Shown here piece after piece: positions 29,590 to 39,564 of a DNA stretch of 64,000 nt. The stretch's first letter is position 1, and each line of letters starts with the position of its first letter. The position numbers were made by a program, and so were the translations under genes. Origin of the DNA: Bradyrhizobium sp. (GTDB lineage Bacteria > Pseudomonadota > Alphaproteobacteria > Rhizobiales > Xanthobacteraceae). Location: positions 103,798-167,797 of the forward strand of contig NZ_JBEKRB010000007.1 in the NCBI RefSeq assembly GCF_049519115.1. Reading direction: 5' to 3'. The notes beneath the pieces are model-generated. The model did no database searches. It was not told the DNA's origin and saw only the letters and a program-made list of their open reading frames with translations.

Positions 29590-30756
29590 TCAATAAGAGC
29601 GGGGCATGCCGAGCACGTGCTCGGCGATATAGGACAAAACCAGATTGGTCGAGATCGGCGCCACCTGATAGAGCCGCGTCTCGCGGAATTTGCGCTCGAC
29701 ATCGTATTCTTCAGCAAAACCGAAGCCGCCATGGGTCTGCACGCAGGCATTGGCCGCTTCCCAGGAAGCATCCGCCGCCAGCATCTTGGCCATGTTGGCT
29801 TCCGCGCCGCAATCAAGCCCGGCTTCATATTTGCGGGTGGCTTCCTTGACCATCAGTTCGGCGGCGCGCATCGCGGCATAGGCTTTCGCGATCGGAAACT
29901 GGACGCCTTGGTTCTGGCCGATCGGGCGGCCGAACACGCTGCGTTCCTTGGCATAGGTCGAAGCCTTTTCAATGAGCCATTTGGCGTCGCCGATACATTC
30001 GGCCGCGATCAAAATCCGCTCGGTGTTCATGCCGGAAAGAATGTAGCGGAATCCCTTGCCTTCCTCGCCGATCAGGTTCTCCGCCGGCACCTTCATGTCG
30101 GTGAAGAACACTTCGGTCGTCGAGTGGTTCATCATGGTGCGGATCGGGCGGATCGTGAGCCCGGCCTTCTTGGTCTCGCGCATATCGACAATGAAGACCG
30201 ACAGCCCGTCGGTGCGTTTTGCCGCCTGCTCCTTCTGCGTGGTGCGCGCCAGCAGGATCATCAGGTCGGAATATTCGGCTCGGCTGGTCCAGATCTTCTG
30301 GCCGTTGACGACGTAGCTGTCATTGCCTTCGCGCCGGGCGAAGGTTTTCAGCGACGACGTATCGGTGCCGCTGGTTGGCTCGGTGACGCCAAAGGCCTGC
30401 AATCGCAATTCGCCGCTCGCGACCTTCGGCAGCCACTGGGCCTTTTGCGCCTCGCTGCCATGCCTCAGCACCGTACCCATGGTGTACATCTGGGCGTGGC
30501 AGGCTCCGGCGTTACAGCCGGCGCGGTGAATTTCTTCCAGGATCGCGGTTGCGGCCGAGAGTTTCAGGCCCGCGCCGCCATATTCTTCCGGGATCAAAAC
30601 CGAGAGATAGCCGGACTCCGTGAGCGCATCGACGAAGGCCTTGGGGTAGGCCATCTCGCGATCGAGCTTGCGCCAGTATTCGCCCGGAAACTGCGCGCAG
30701 AGCTTGGCGACGGCGTCGCGGATATCGGCATGTTCATCGTGGTCGGTCGTTGTCAT
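29590..30756 (-). CDS. Acyl-CoA dehydrogenase
   Basis: FGVTEPTSGTD, NGQKIWTS, SGMNTERI and QTHGGFGF motifs. Confidence 0.92.
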   Translation of the reverse strand: MTTTDHDEHADIRDAVAKLCAQFPGEYWRKLDREMAYPKAFVDALTESGYLSVLIPEEYGGAGLKLSAATAILEEIHRAGCNAGACHAQMYTMGTVLRHGSEAQKAQWLPKVASGELRLQAFGVTEPTSGTDTSSLKTFARREGNDSYVVNGQKIWTSRAEYSDLMILLARTTQKEQAAKRTDGLSVFIVDMRETKKAGLTIRPIRTMMNHSTTEVFFTDMKVPAENLIGEEGKGFRYILSGMNTERILIAAECIGDAKWLIEKASTYAKERSVFGRPIGQNQGVQFPIAKAYAAMRAAELMVKEATRKYEAGLDCGAEANMAKMLAADASWEAANACVQTHGGFGFAEEYDVERKFRETRLYQVAPISTNLVLSYIAEHVLGMPRSY

Positions 30757-31190
30757 CGGAACTCGGCTGGAAGATCGAGGCCGCGCATGGTGGCGGTGCA
30801 GAATGCGCAGAGGGTTTCACCGGCCTCGTCTTTGCTGAAGATTTCGACCGTTGCAACCCCGATCGAGCCCGACATTTTCAAAGTTTTGGCCCGGGCGATC
30901 AGCTCGCTGCCGCGGGCCGGTTCCATGAAGTTGATCTTGAGTTCGACGGTGACCCCTATTCGCCCCTTGGGTAGTCTGGACGTTACGGCAATTCCAGCCG
31001 CCTGGTCGGCCAGTGCCGTGATCACGCCGCCATGGAAATGGCCGAAAAACTGCAGGAGATCGTCGCGGCGCGACAGCGCCACCTCGGCATAGCCCGGTTC
31101 GACGGTGACGATGCGAAAACCGGCCGCGCCCGTGAAACCCTTGGCATTGATGGCTTCAGCGAGGCTCGGCGGGTTCAGCGCGTCATTCAT
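30753..31190 (-). CDS. PaaI family thioesterase
   Basis: GHFHGGVITALADQAAG hotdog motif; TVELKINF. Confidence 0.88.
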   Translation of the reverse strand: MNDALNPPSLAEAINAKGFTGAAGFRIVTVEPGYAEVALSRRDDLLQFFGHFHGGVITALADQAAGIAVTSRLPKGRIGVTVELKINFMEPARGSELIARAKTLKMSGSIGVATVEIFSKDEAGETLCAFCTATMRGLDLPAEFR

Positions 31191-32461
31191 GAGGGTATGC
31201 GTACAGGTAGGGACTCGATACCCCGCACAAAGCTGGAATAGACCCGCTTCGGCTCGCCGACCACCTCGATCCGCTCGAACCGCTTCAATATCTCCTGCCA
31301 GACGATCTTCAATTGCAGCTCGGCGAGCCGCATGCCGACGCAGCGGTGAATGCCGAAGCCGAACGCCAGGTGGATTTTCGGCCGCGCCCGGTCGATGATG
31401 AATTCATTGGGCCGCTCGATGACTTCCTCGTCGCGGTTGCCGGAGACGTACCACATCACGACGCGGTCGCCTTTGCGGATTTTCTTGCCGTTAAGCTCGG
31501 TGTCGACCAGTGCGGTGCGCCGCATATGCGCAAGCGGCGTCTGCCAGCGAATGACCTCCGGCACCATGGAATCGATCAGATCAGGATTGTCGCGCAGCTT
31601 CTTGTACTGCTCCGGATTTTCGCTCAGCGCCAGCACCGAGCCGCTCATGGTGTTGCGGGTGGTGTCGTTGCCGCCGACGATCAGGAGAATGATGTTCCCC
31701 AACAGATTATCGGGGTCCATGTTTCGTGTGGCCTCGCTGTGCGCCATCATCGAGATCAGGTCGTTGCGCGGCTCGACATTGACGCGCTCGTTCCAGAGTT
31801 TGGTGAAATAGGCCGCGCATTCGCCCATCTCGGCGCGGCGCTGTTCTTCGGAATCGACGATACCGCCCTTCGGCAGTGCGGTCGAGACATCCGACCAGCG
31901 GGTCAGCTTGCGCCGCTCTTCAAAGGGGAAGTCGAACAGCGTCGCCAGCATCTGCGTGGTCAGCTCAATCGAAACCAGGTCGACGAAATTGAAGGTCTCG
32001 TTGCGCGGCAGCGAATCCAGCACCTTGCCGGTGCGCCCGCGAATCAGGATCGCGAGTTCGTCGAGATGTTTCGGCGTGAACATCGGCGACACCGTCTTGC
32101 GCTGCGCCGAATGCCGCGGCTGATCCATGGCGATGAAGCTCGGCCAGTCATAGCCCGACGGAACGTCCCGGATCGAAATACCGCCCAGCGACACGTCGGA
32201 CGAGAAGATGCCATGGTTGGTATCGACATGCATGATGTCGTTGTATTTCGTGACCGACCAATAGGGTTCGATCGGCGACTTGGTGCAGTAGTGCACCGGC
32301 TCTTCCTTGCGCAGCCGCTCGAAATAAGGCCATAGCGTATCGTTGCGGAACAGTTGCGGCGCGCCGGGATGAAAATCCTCCAACGGTGTGGAATAGGCGG
32401 CCTCGCGCGCAGCGCGCTGAAGCTCCTGGCTGTCTAACCCGGGCGATCTCTGGATGTTCAT
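31187..32461 (-). CDS. Cytochrome P450 (CYP153-like by recalled motifs)
   Basis: FIAMDQPRH, IVGGNDTT, EVIRWQTP and FGFGIHRCVG heme motif; start at ATG 32461. Confidence 0.92.
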   Translation of the reverse strand: MNIQRSPGLDSQELQRAAREAAYSTPLEDFHPGAPQLFRNDTLWPYFERLRKEEPVHYCTKSPIEPYWSVTKYNDIMHVDTNHGIFSSDVSLGGISIRDVPSGYDWPSFIAMDQPRHSAQRKTVSPMFTPKHLDELAILIRGRTGKVLDSLPRNETFNFVDLVSIELTTQMLATLFDFPFEERRKLTRWSDVSTALPKGGIVDSEEQRRAEMGECAAYFTKLWNERVNVEPRNDLISMMAHSEATRNMDPDNLLGNIILLIVGGNDTTRNTMSGSVLALSENPEQYKKLRDNPDLIDSMVPEVIRWQTPLAHMRRTALVDTELNGKKIRKGDRVVMWYVSGNRDEEVIERPNEFIIDRARPKIHLAFGFGIHRCVGMRLAELQLKIVWQEILKRFERIEVVGEPKRVYSSFVRGIESLPVRIPS

Positions 32462-32478
32462 GGCGGCTCTTCCCTGGA

Positions 32479-32650
32479 CTAGTGGTCCAATTCCAACATT
32501 CGCATCCTTCTCAGCAGGCACTTTGGCGAATATTGGAGTTAGAAGGACCACCAGCAAATATAGGTTTCCAGTGGAGTTCTGGGTTTGACATTCGCGTTTT
32601 ACGAATTCGCGGCTAGTCGCGAGCAGCGAAAGTCAAATCCACTCCACTAG
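32479..32650. repeat. CTAG-capped twin-hairpin element, copy 4
   Basis: Hairpin A is CTAGTGGTCC...GGACCACCAG. After spacer CAAATATAGGTTT, hairpin B is CCAGTGGAGT, TCT bulge, ...ACTCCACTAG. Confidence 0.88.
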
Positions 32651-32864
32651 GCCCCCTCCGTTGAGTCGGAAGGTGGGTGTTAGGACCAAATTACATCCTC
32701 TTGCGCAGCTTTGGGCAAGAGACAGTTTTGACGGATTTGATGTCGCGGCTCCATGGCATGCCACACACAATGCCTTCCTCACCTCTGTCGCCCGTGACAA
32801 GGTGAGGTCTAGGGATTAAGGCATAGTTTGAAACAACGTTTGATTTCGCCGGAGGCCGCCCGCC

Positions 32865-34037
32865 ATGATTCCCAACGCATACCGGATGTTCAATTTTGAC
32901 CTTGGCGAGACCGCGGACGCGCTGCGCGAGACCGTGCATGACTTTTCAAGCAATGAAATCGCACCGCGCGCCGCCGAGATCGACAAGGCCAATCAATTTC
33001 CCATGGATCTCTGGCCGAAGCTTGGTGCGCTCGGCCTGCACGGGATTACGGTCGAGGAGGAGTATGGCGGCTCGGGCTTAGGCTATCTCGAACATTGCGT
33101 GGCGATGGAGGAGATTTCGCGGGCGTCGGCTTCGGTCGGTCTTTCCTATGGGGCGCATTCAAATCTCTGCGTCAATCAGCTTCGGCGCAACGGCAACGAG
33201 GCGCAGAAGCAGAAATATCTGCCGAAGCTCGTTTCCGGCGAACATGTCGGCGCGCTCGCGATGTCCGAGCCTGGTTCCGGCTCCGACGTGGTCTCGATGA
33301 TGACGCGCGCCGAGAAAAAAGGTGACCGTTACGTCCTCAACGGCTCCAAGATGTGGATCACCAATGGGCCGGTCGCCGAGACGCTCGTGGTCTACGCCAA
33401 GACCGATCCGGCCGCAGGCCCGCGCGGCATCACCGCGTTCATTATTGAAAAGGGCATGAAGGGATTTTCCACCGCGCAGAAACTCGACAAGCTCGGCATG
33501 CGCGGCTCCGACACCTCTGAACTGGTGTTCGATAATTGCGAAGTGCCGGAGGAAAACGTGCTCGGCCAGGTCGGACGCGGCGTCAATGTGTTGATGTCGG
33601 GTCTCGATTACGAGCGCGCGGTGCTGGCGGCAGGGCCACTCGGCATCATGCAGGCCTGCATGGACGTGGTGCTGCCTTATGTGCACGAGCGCAAGCAGTT
33701 CGGCCAGCCGATCGGCAGCTTTCAACTCGTGCAAGGCAAGATCGCCGACATGTACACGACGATGAATGCCTCGCGCGCCTATGTCTATGCGGTAGCGAAG
33801 GCCTGCGATCGCGGCGAGACCACGCGCGAGGATGCGGCCGGCGCCATTCTCTATGCCGCCGAAAAAGCGACACAATGCGCGCTCGATGCGATCCAGTTGC
33901 TCGGCGGCAACGGCTATATCAACGATTACCCCACCGGCCGCCTGCTGCGCGACGCCAAGCTTTATGAAATCGGCGCCGGCACCTCGGAAATCCGCCGCAT
34001 GCTGATCGGCCGGGAGCTTTTCGAGAAGTCGGCTTAA
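32865..34037 (+). CDS. ivd: Isovaleryl-CoA dehydrogenase
   Basis: [40 protein letters not shown] and [12 protein letters not shown] motifs. Confidence 0.92.
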   Translation: MIPNAYRMFNFDLGETADALRETVHDFSSNEIAPRAAEIDKANQFPMDLWPKLGALGLHGITVEEEYGGSGLGYLEHCVAMEEISRASASVGLSYGAHSNLCVNQLRRNGNEAQKQKYLPKLVSGEHVGALAMSEPGSGSDVVSMMTRAEKKGDRYVLNGSKMWITNGPVAETLVVYAKTDPAAGPRGITAFIIEKGMKGFSTAQKLDKLGMRGSDTSELVFDNCEVPEENVLGQVGRGVNVLMSGLDYERAVLAAGPLGIMQACMDVVLPYVHERKQFGQPIGSFQLVQGKIADMYTTMNASRAYVYAVAKACDRGETTREDAAGAILYAAEKATQCALDAIQLLGGNGYINDYPTGRLLRDAKLYEIGAGTSEIRRMLIGRELFEKSA

Positions 34038-34094
34038 AGGCGGATTAACCGGGACGGCGCGCGCGCGTTGACATCGGCTCAATCCAAGGTTTCA

Positions 34095-34254
34095 CTAATA
34101 CCACCGATCTGAAGTCCCTGCACTGCGGGCGGCGGGTTCTCCCCAGGGACTTCAGATCGAAAGCGGTACTAGAATCATATCTTTGCAAGTGCCCTTGCTT
34201 TCCGAAGTTCATGTAAGGTGCCGCTGCGATGTCTCACGATCTTGAGGGCACTAG
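34095..34254. repeat. CTAG-capped twin-hairpin element, copy 5 (second hairpin decayed)
   Basis: Hairpin A has a perfect 16-bp inner stem CGATCTGAAGTCCCTG and an AAA bulge. Hairpin B keeps the outer CAAGTGCCC/GGGCACTAG but has lost inner pairing. Confidence 0.8.
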
Positions 34255-34298
34255 CGAGGTGGGACCGCTAGCGCCCGCTTTTCCTTGAGGGCGCCTTC

Positions 34299-35525
34299 GT
34301 GAACGAGATGAGTTCGGTGCCGCATTTTCCGCCGCCGCCGCCATTGCCGGCATCGTCGGTGAAGGCGATTTTTTCCGGAGATCGCGGCGAATTCCGTGGA
34401 TTGGTGGAGCGCGGCACCGGTCTGGAGCTGGTTACCTTCGGCTTTTACCGCTTCTGGCTTGCCACCGACATCCGCCGTCATCTGTGGTCGCATACCTCGC
34501 TCGACGGCGACGCGCCGGAATACACCGGACGCGGCCGGGAATTGCTGATTGGATTTTTGTTCGCGCTGGCGATCCTGGTGCCGATCTATCTCGCCTACTT
34601 CCTCATCGGCATCGAAGCGGAGCGCGCCAAGGCCTTTGGGAGCTTCCCGCTGTTCCTGTTCTTCTATCTGTTCGGACAGTTCGCGATCTATCGGGCGCGG
34701 CGCTACCGTCTCACCCGCACGGTGTGGCGCGGGGTGCGTTTCTGGATGGATGGGTCGGGCTGGGTCTATGCGATGCGGGCCGCAGGCTGGGCCTTACTAA
34801 CAGGGCTCACGCTCGGCGCGGTATTGCCGTGGCGGGAAGCCGCGCTCGAGCGCTACAAGATGCGGCATTGTCATTACGGCGATCTGCAAGGCGGCTTTGA
34901 TGGGCGCGGATCGGAGCTGTTTCAACACGGCTGGAAATTATGGCTGATAGCGCTTTCCCCGGTCATCGTCGGGCTCGCGCTATTCGTCATGAACGCCGGT
35001 CATAGATTACCTGCCGCGCAAAGCCGCGTGTTCGGTCTGGTGATCCTGATCTGGATGGTCGCTTTGCCGTTCGTCTACGGCGCCTTCAAAGCCACCGAAT
35101 GGCGCTGGTGGATTTCGGGCATCCGCTTTGGCGAGGTCTCGTTTGAATCGGATCTCTCGTCAGGTGCTCTGTACGGCCTCTACTGGAAAGTAATCGGCTG
35201 GTTCGTTCTTGTTCTGCTGCTGTTCGCCGGCATTATCGTTGCTTGCAGCTTCTGGATTTTTGGCTTTGGCGATCTATCTCATCTCGGCGATCGGCTCCGT
35301 GCGAGCACGGCGATGACGGTAGTCTTCGGCATCGGCTATCTCGGATTCATTCTCGCCGTGAATATCGTGCTTCGGGTTTATCTCCTGCGCGACGTCTGGG
35401 CGAGAGCAGCAGCATCTGCGACCGCCTTCCGCCTGGAAGCAGCCGCCAACGTCGCCGCCAAAGGCGAACTCGCCGATGCGCTGGGCGAGGGTTTTGCCAA
35501 CGGCCTAGATGTCGTCGGATTCTGA
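34299..35525 (+). CDS. YjgN / DUF898 family membrane protein
   Basis: TFGFYRFWLATDIRRHLWSHT and YRLTRTVWRGVRF motifs. Confidence 0.88.
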   Translation: MNEMSSVPHFPPPPPLPASSVKAIFSGDRGEFRGLVERGTGLELVTFGFYRFWLATDIRRHLWSHTSLDGDAPEYTGRGRELLIGFLFALAILVPIYLAYFLIGIEAERAKAFGSFPLFLFFYLFGQFAIYRARRYRLTRTVWRGVRFWMDGSGWVYAMRAAGWALLTGLTLGAVLPWREAALERYKMRHCHYGDLQGGFDGRGSELFQHGWKLWLIALSPVIVGLALFVMNAGHRLPAAQSRVFGLVILIWMVALPFVYGAFKATEWRWWISGIRFGEVSFESDLSSGALYGLYWKVIGWFVLVLLLFAGIIVACSFWIFGFGDLSHLGDRLRASTAMTVVFGIGYLGFILAVNIVLRVYLLRDVWARAAASATAFRLEAAANVAAKGELADALGEGFANGLDVVGF

Positions 35526-36660
35526 GCACATGATGTCTGGGATCGATGGCGGGGTGGAGAACAATTCGGAAGCCGGCTCAACGGAGCCTGAGCCCCGCCC
35601 GTCCGTTTTTTACGACGGCACATCGAGCCGCCGTCGTCAGGTGCAGCTTGCGCTCAAGGACGGGCTCGAAATTATCGAGAGCGGGGCGATGCTTGCGACC
35701 TGGCCGTTTGCGGACATCCGCCGCGCTGACGGTGTTGCCGGTATCTTGCGCCTGAGTTGTGTGACCGCGCCGTCGCTGGCACGGCTTGAAATTCGCGATT
35801 CCGCACTCGGCGCGGTTTTGATCTCCCGGTGCCCGCATCTAAACGACAATGCGGTCGGCCGGCGTGGCGTCGCGACGATCGTGGGCTGGTCGGTGGCCGC
35901 GACCGTATCGATCGCCGCCGTGATCTGGTTCGGGCTGCCCTTGGCGGCGGACCGTCTCGCGCCGCTGGTGCCGAGCGCTCTGGAGCGCCGCATCGGCGAT
36001 GCTGCTGAAGGCCAAATGGGGGCCATGTTCGGCGGCAAGACATGCAGCAGTGCCGCCGGAAGTATCGCCTTCAACAAGTTGATGAAGAAAATCTCGACCG
36101 CCGCGGGCTTCGAAGCGCCGGTCCGGGCCGCTGTTTTGAATACGCCGGTTCCGAACGCTTTCGCACTGCCGGGCGGCAAGGTCTATTTGTTCAACGGATT
36201 ATTGGTACGGGCGAACGATCCGGATGAAATCGCGGGCGTGCTTGCGCATGAGCTCGGTCATGTCAGCCATCGCGACAATACGCGCAACATGATCTATAGC
36301 GGCGGCACCTCGTTCCTGATCGGTCTGTTGTTCGGCGACGTCACCGGGTCCGGCGCCCTGATTTTCGCCTCGCGCTCGCTCTTCAACGCGTCCTATTCGC
36401 GCGAGGCCGAGCAAAACGCCGACAATTTTTCCATTGAGGTGATGCATCAGCTCGGCCGCCCGACCAAACCGATGGGTGACTTGATTTTCCGTGTTACCGG
36501 AAACCAGGGGGACAATACCTTGTCGATCCTGGCCAACCATCCGCTCACCGAAGACCGGCTGAAACATCTCAGCGACGAAAACCGCCCCGCAAGCGGCCCG
36601 TCGCTACTCAGCGAGCCGGAGTGGACGGCGCTGAAGACGATCTGCAAGTCGAGGAGTTGA
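35509..36660 (+). CDS. M48 family metallopeptidase (DUF898 partner)
   Basis: NAFALPGG, AHELGH, YSREAEQNAD and NHP motifs; start uncertain. Confidence 0.88.
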   Translation: MSSDSEHMMSGIDGGVENNSEAGSTEPEPRPSVFYDGTSSRRRQVQLALKDGLEIIESGAMLATWPFADIRRADGVAGILRLSCVTAPSLARLEIRDSALGAVLISRCPHLNDNAVGRRGVATIVGWSVAATVSIAAVIWFGLPLAADRLAPLVPSALERRIGDAAEGQMGAMFGGKTCSSAAGSIAFNKLMKKISTAAGFEAPVRAAVLNTPVPNAFALPGGKVYLFNGLLVRANDPDEIAGVLAHELGHVSHRDNTRNMIYSGGTSFLIGLLFGDVTGSGALIFASRSLFNASYSREAEQNADNFSIEVMHQLGRPTKPMGDLIFRVTGNQGDNTLSILANHPLTEDRLKHLSDENRPASGPSLLSEPEWTALKTICKSRS

Positions 36661-36690
36661 GGCCGCTGGCGGCCGGTCGTCATTGCTTAG

Positions 36691-36773
36691 TCGTCATGGG
36701 CCGAGACAAACGCGAGAGGCGTTTGCGCACGGGAGCGCAAGCAATGCTTGATCGTCATGCCCGGCCATGACGA
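36691..36773. repeat. Degenerate CGTC-tagged palindromic repeat
   Basis: TCGTCATGGG...CCATGACGA termini between convergent genes. Confidence 0.55.
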
Positions 36774-36811
36774 GAGAGTTATTGCTGTTCGTAGAGACCT
36801 TGAATGTAGAG

Positions 36812-37435
36812 CTACTGCACCACCACCACGGTTCCGACCGGGACGCGGCTATAGAGATCGGTGACATCCTCGTTGGTCATGCGGAAGCAGCCGGAGGAGA
36901 CGGCGTGGCCGATCGTTTCCGGTTCGTTGGAACCGTGGATGCGGTAAAGCGTCGAGCCCAGATACATCGCGCGCGCGCCGAGCGGGTTTTCGATGCCGCC
37001 GGCCATGAAACGCGGCAGGTCAGGCCGCCGGGCGCGCATCTGCGAGGGCGGCGTCCAGCTCGGCCATTCCTTTTTTGCCGTGATGCGGTGGGTGCCGGTC
37101 CAGCGGAAGCCGTCGCGGCCGACGCCGATGCCGTAGCGCAGCGCCTCGCCATTGCCCAGCATCAGATAAAGCCGCCGTTCCGAGGTCGAGATGTAGATGC
37201 TGCCCGGCGCCATCGCGATCGGCGCGCTGACCCGCTCGCGCGGGATGGGACCTGAACCGCCGCCGCCGAAATAGTCGGAGCCGGGGCCGTAATAGGGGGC
37301 GCCTCGTTGCTGCATCCCCGGCTGCTGCTGGCGGCCGCGGAAATTGAAAAAGTCGTCGTCCATGGTGGCTCGGGCAGAGGAGGTGGCCGCCAGCACCATC
37401 AGCACCAGGGTGAGATAGGCAAAAATCCGGGTCAT
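36812..37435 (-). CDS. L,D-transpeptidase (ErfK/YkuD family)
   Basis: RYGIGVGR, NPLGARAMYL and YRIHGSNEPETIGHAVSSGCFRM motifs. Confidence 0.93.
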   Translation of the reverse strand: MTRIFAYLTLVLMVLAATSSARATMDDDFFNFRGRQQQPGMQQRGAPYYGPGSDYFGGGGSGPIPRERVSAPIAMAPGSIYISTSERRLYLMLGNGEALRYGIGVGRDGFRWTGTHRITAKKEWPSWTPPSQMRARRPDLPRFMAGGIENPLGARAMYLGSTLYRIHGSNEPETIGHAVSSGCFRMTNEDVTDLYSRVPVGTVVVVQ

Positions 37436-37516
37436 CGGGTTCCTCGCAATTCAAGCTTGATGAGTAAGCAGGCCATATCGGGGCTATTTTCGCAAGCAAA
37501 CGTGACGGATTTCAAA

Positions 37517-37683
37517 CAAGTACCGCCGATCTGAAGTCCCTGCGGCACTTGTAGCGAATTATTTCAGGGACTTCAGATCGAAGGCGGTACTTGAATCCAC
37601 AAGTTTGCTGGTGCCCTTGGCTTCCCGAAGTTCGCAAAAGGTATTGTGGAGCCCGGGGGCGAACTTCGGAAAGCGGGCACCAG
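37517..37683. repeat. CTAG-capped twin-hairpin element, copy 6
   Basis: Hairpin A is CAAGTACCGC/GCGGTACTTG (compensated cap) with a perfect 16-bp stem and AAG bulge. Hairpin B is CTGGTGCCC/GGGCACCAG with a TTG bulge. Confidence 0.9.
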
Positions 37684-37833
37684 TGCGGTTAAAATTGCGC
37701 TTGGCGTGTACCGGCGATGGCAGCCATGCGCCCAAAACCTCCACGGCCCCTTCCGGACCCCTTTGACGAACGGCGTAAAACGAGTGATTGATCTGGCCAT
37801 AAGGTGCTTCGAACCCCGAACGGGAGCTAAAGA

Positions 37834-39381
37834 ATGAACGGTGCGGAAAGTCTGGTGCGGACCCTGGTCGCGGGCGGGGTCGACGTCTGTTTCACCAACC
37901 CCGGCACCTCGGAGATGCATTTCGTCGCGGCGCTGGATCGCGTGGAGGGCATGCGCTGCGTGCTCGGCCTGTTCGAGGGCGTGGTGACGGGTGCGGCCGA
38001 CGGCTATTTCCGCATGAAGGGCACGCCGGCCTCGACGCTGCTGCATCTCGGGCCTGGTCTCGCCAATGGGCTTGCCAACCTGCACAACGCCAAGAAGGCG
38101 CATTCCGGCATCGTCAATATCGTCGGCCAGCACGCGACCTATCACATCGGCTACAATGCGCCGCTCACCTCCGACATCGAGGGTCTGGCGCGACCGATGT
38201 CGGAATGGGTGCGGACCTCGCCGGATGCCAAGTCCGTCTCGGCAGACGGCGCCGCCGCCATTGCCGCCGCCAAGAGCGCCCCGCCGCAGATCGCCACGCT
38301 GATTTTGCCCGCAGACACCGCCTGGAACGAAGCCGACGGCATCGCGCAGGTCCCGCCGCCCAAACAGCAGCCGGGTTTTTCGGCTGGCGCGGTCGAAAAG
38401 GCCGCCGGGATACTGCATTCGGGCGGTACGCAGAATCTGCTGCTGATCACCGGCAGCGCGCTGACCGAGCGAGGTCTGGCGCTGGCGCAGCAGATCGCCG
38501 GCAAGTCCGGCTGCAAGGTGATGGGCCAGACCTATCACCCGCGCATGGCGCGCGGCCGCGGCCGGTTCTCGATCGACCGCATTCCCTATGTGATCGAGCA
38601 GGCGCTGCCGCTCTTGAAGGACTTCAAGAACATCATCCTGGTCGAGGCCAACGACCCGATCGCCTTCTTCGCCTATCCGAACAAGCCGAGCCATCTGAAA
38701 CCCGACGGCTGCGAGGTTCACCGCCTGACCGCCTGGGGCGAAAATTCGGTCGCAGCACTTGAAGCGCTCGCCGATGCGCTCGGTGCCAAGCCTTCCGATG
38801 TCAAGCCGCAGAAGCTCGTCGAACTCAACAAGCCGACCGGGCCGCTCAATCATGCTTCGATCGCGCAGGCGATCGCATGCGCGATCCCCGAGAACGCGAT
38901 CATCGTCGATGAATCCATCACCACCGGCCGTGGCTTTTTTCCGCCGACGGCGGCGGCAGCCCCGCATGACTGGCTGCAGAACATGGGCGGCTCGATCGGA
39001 TTTTCGACGCCGGTGGCAACTGGTGCCGCGGTGGCGTGTCCCGACCGCAAGGTGATCTGCATGGTCGGCGACGGCAGCGCGATGTACACACTCCAGTCCC
39101 TGTGGACGCAGGCGCGCGAAGGCCTCAACGTCGTCACGATCGTGTTCGCCAATCGCATCTATCAGATCCTGCGCGGCGAATTCGACGGGGTCGGCGCCGG
39201 CGCGCCCGGCCAACGCGCCATGGACATGCTGAAGATCGACAACCCGACGCTGGACTTCGTCGCGCTTGCCAAGGGCATGGGCGTTGCGGGGCGCGCGGTG
39301 ACCACGGCGGACGAATTCAACGTGGCGCTGGCGGAAGCGATCGCCGAGCCCGGGCCGCGGCTGATCGAAGTAAAGTTCTAA
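37834..39381 (+). CDS. Acetolactate synthase large subunit-like ThDP enzyme
   Basis: FTNPGTSEMH, LFEG, LHLGPGLANG and GDGSAMY motifs. Confidence 0.88.
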   Translation: MNGAESLVRTLVAGGVDVCFTNPGTSEMHFVAALDRVEGMRCVLGLFEGVVTGAADGYFRMKGTPASTLLHLGPGLANGLANLHNAKKAHSGIVNIVGQHATYHIGYNAPLTSDIEGLARPMSEWVRTSPDAKSVSADGAAAIAAAKSAPPQIATLILPADTAWNEADGIAQVPPPKQQPGFSAGAVEKAAGILHSGGTQNLLLITGSALTERGLALAQQIAGKSGCKVMGQTYHPRMARGRGRFSIDRIPYVIEQALPLLKDFKNIILVEANDPIAFFAYPNKPSHLKPDGCEVHRLTAWGENSVAALEALADALGAKPSDVKPQKLVELNKPTGPLNHASIAQAIACAIPENAIIVDESITTGRGFFPPTAAAAPHDWLQNMGGSIGFSTPVATGAAVACPDRKVICMVGDGSAMYTLQSLWTQAREGLNVVTIVFANRIYQILRGEFDGVGAGAPGQRAMDMLKIDNPTLDFVALAKGMGVAGRAVTTADEFNVALAEAIAEPGPRLIEVKF

Positions 39382-39402
39382 AGCGCATCAATTAATCCGC
39401 TC

Positions 39403-39495
39403 CTCGTCATGCCCGCGCTTGTCGCGGGCATCCACGTCTTAAGTAGCCATGGAAAGAAAGACGTAGATGGCCGGGACAAGCCCGGCCATGACGAG
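39403..39495. repeat. CGTC-tagged REP-like repeat (CGTCATGCCCG type)
   Basis: CTCGTCATGCCCGCGCTTGTCGCGGGCATCCACGTCTT...AAGACGTAGATGGCCGGGACAAGCCCGGCCATGACGAG. Confidence 0.88.
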
Positions 39496-39564
39496 ATAGC
39501 ATCAATCGGCCGAAATTATTGTTGAAGCTAAATCGCCGTGCTTCATGAGACTTGCGGGGGCCAG

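Noticed and set aside
29617-31092. Long antisense ORFs (e.g. 29617-31092, 16915-18495, 37573-39213, 40523-41722, 43151-44347)
   Set aside because: These are shadow frames of well-supported genes in high-GC DNA, with no motifs.
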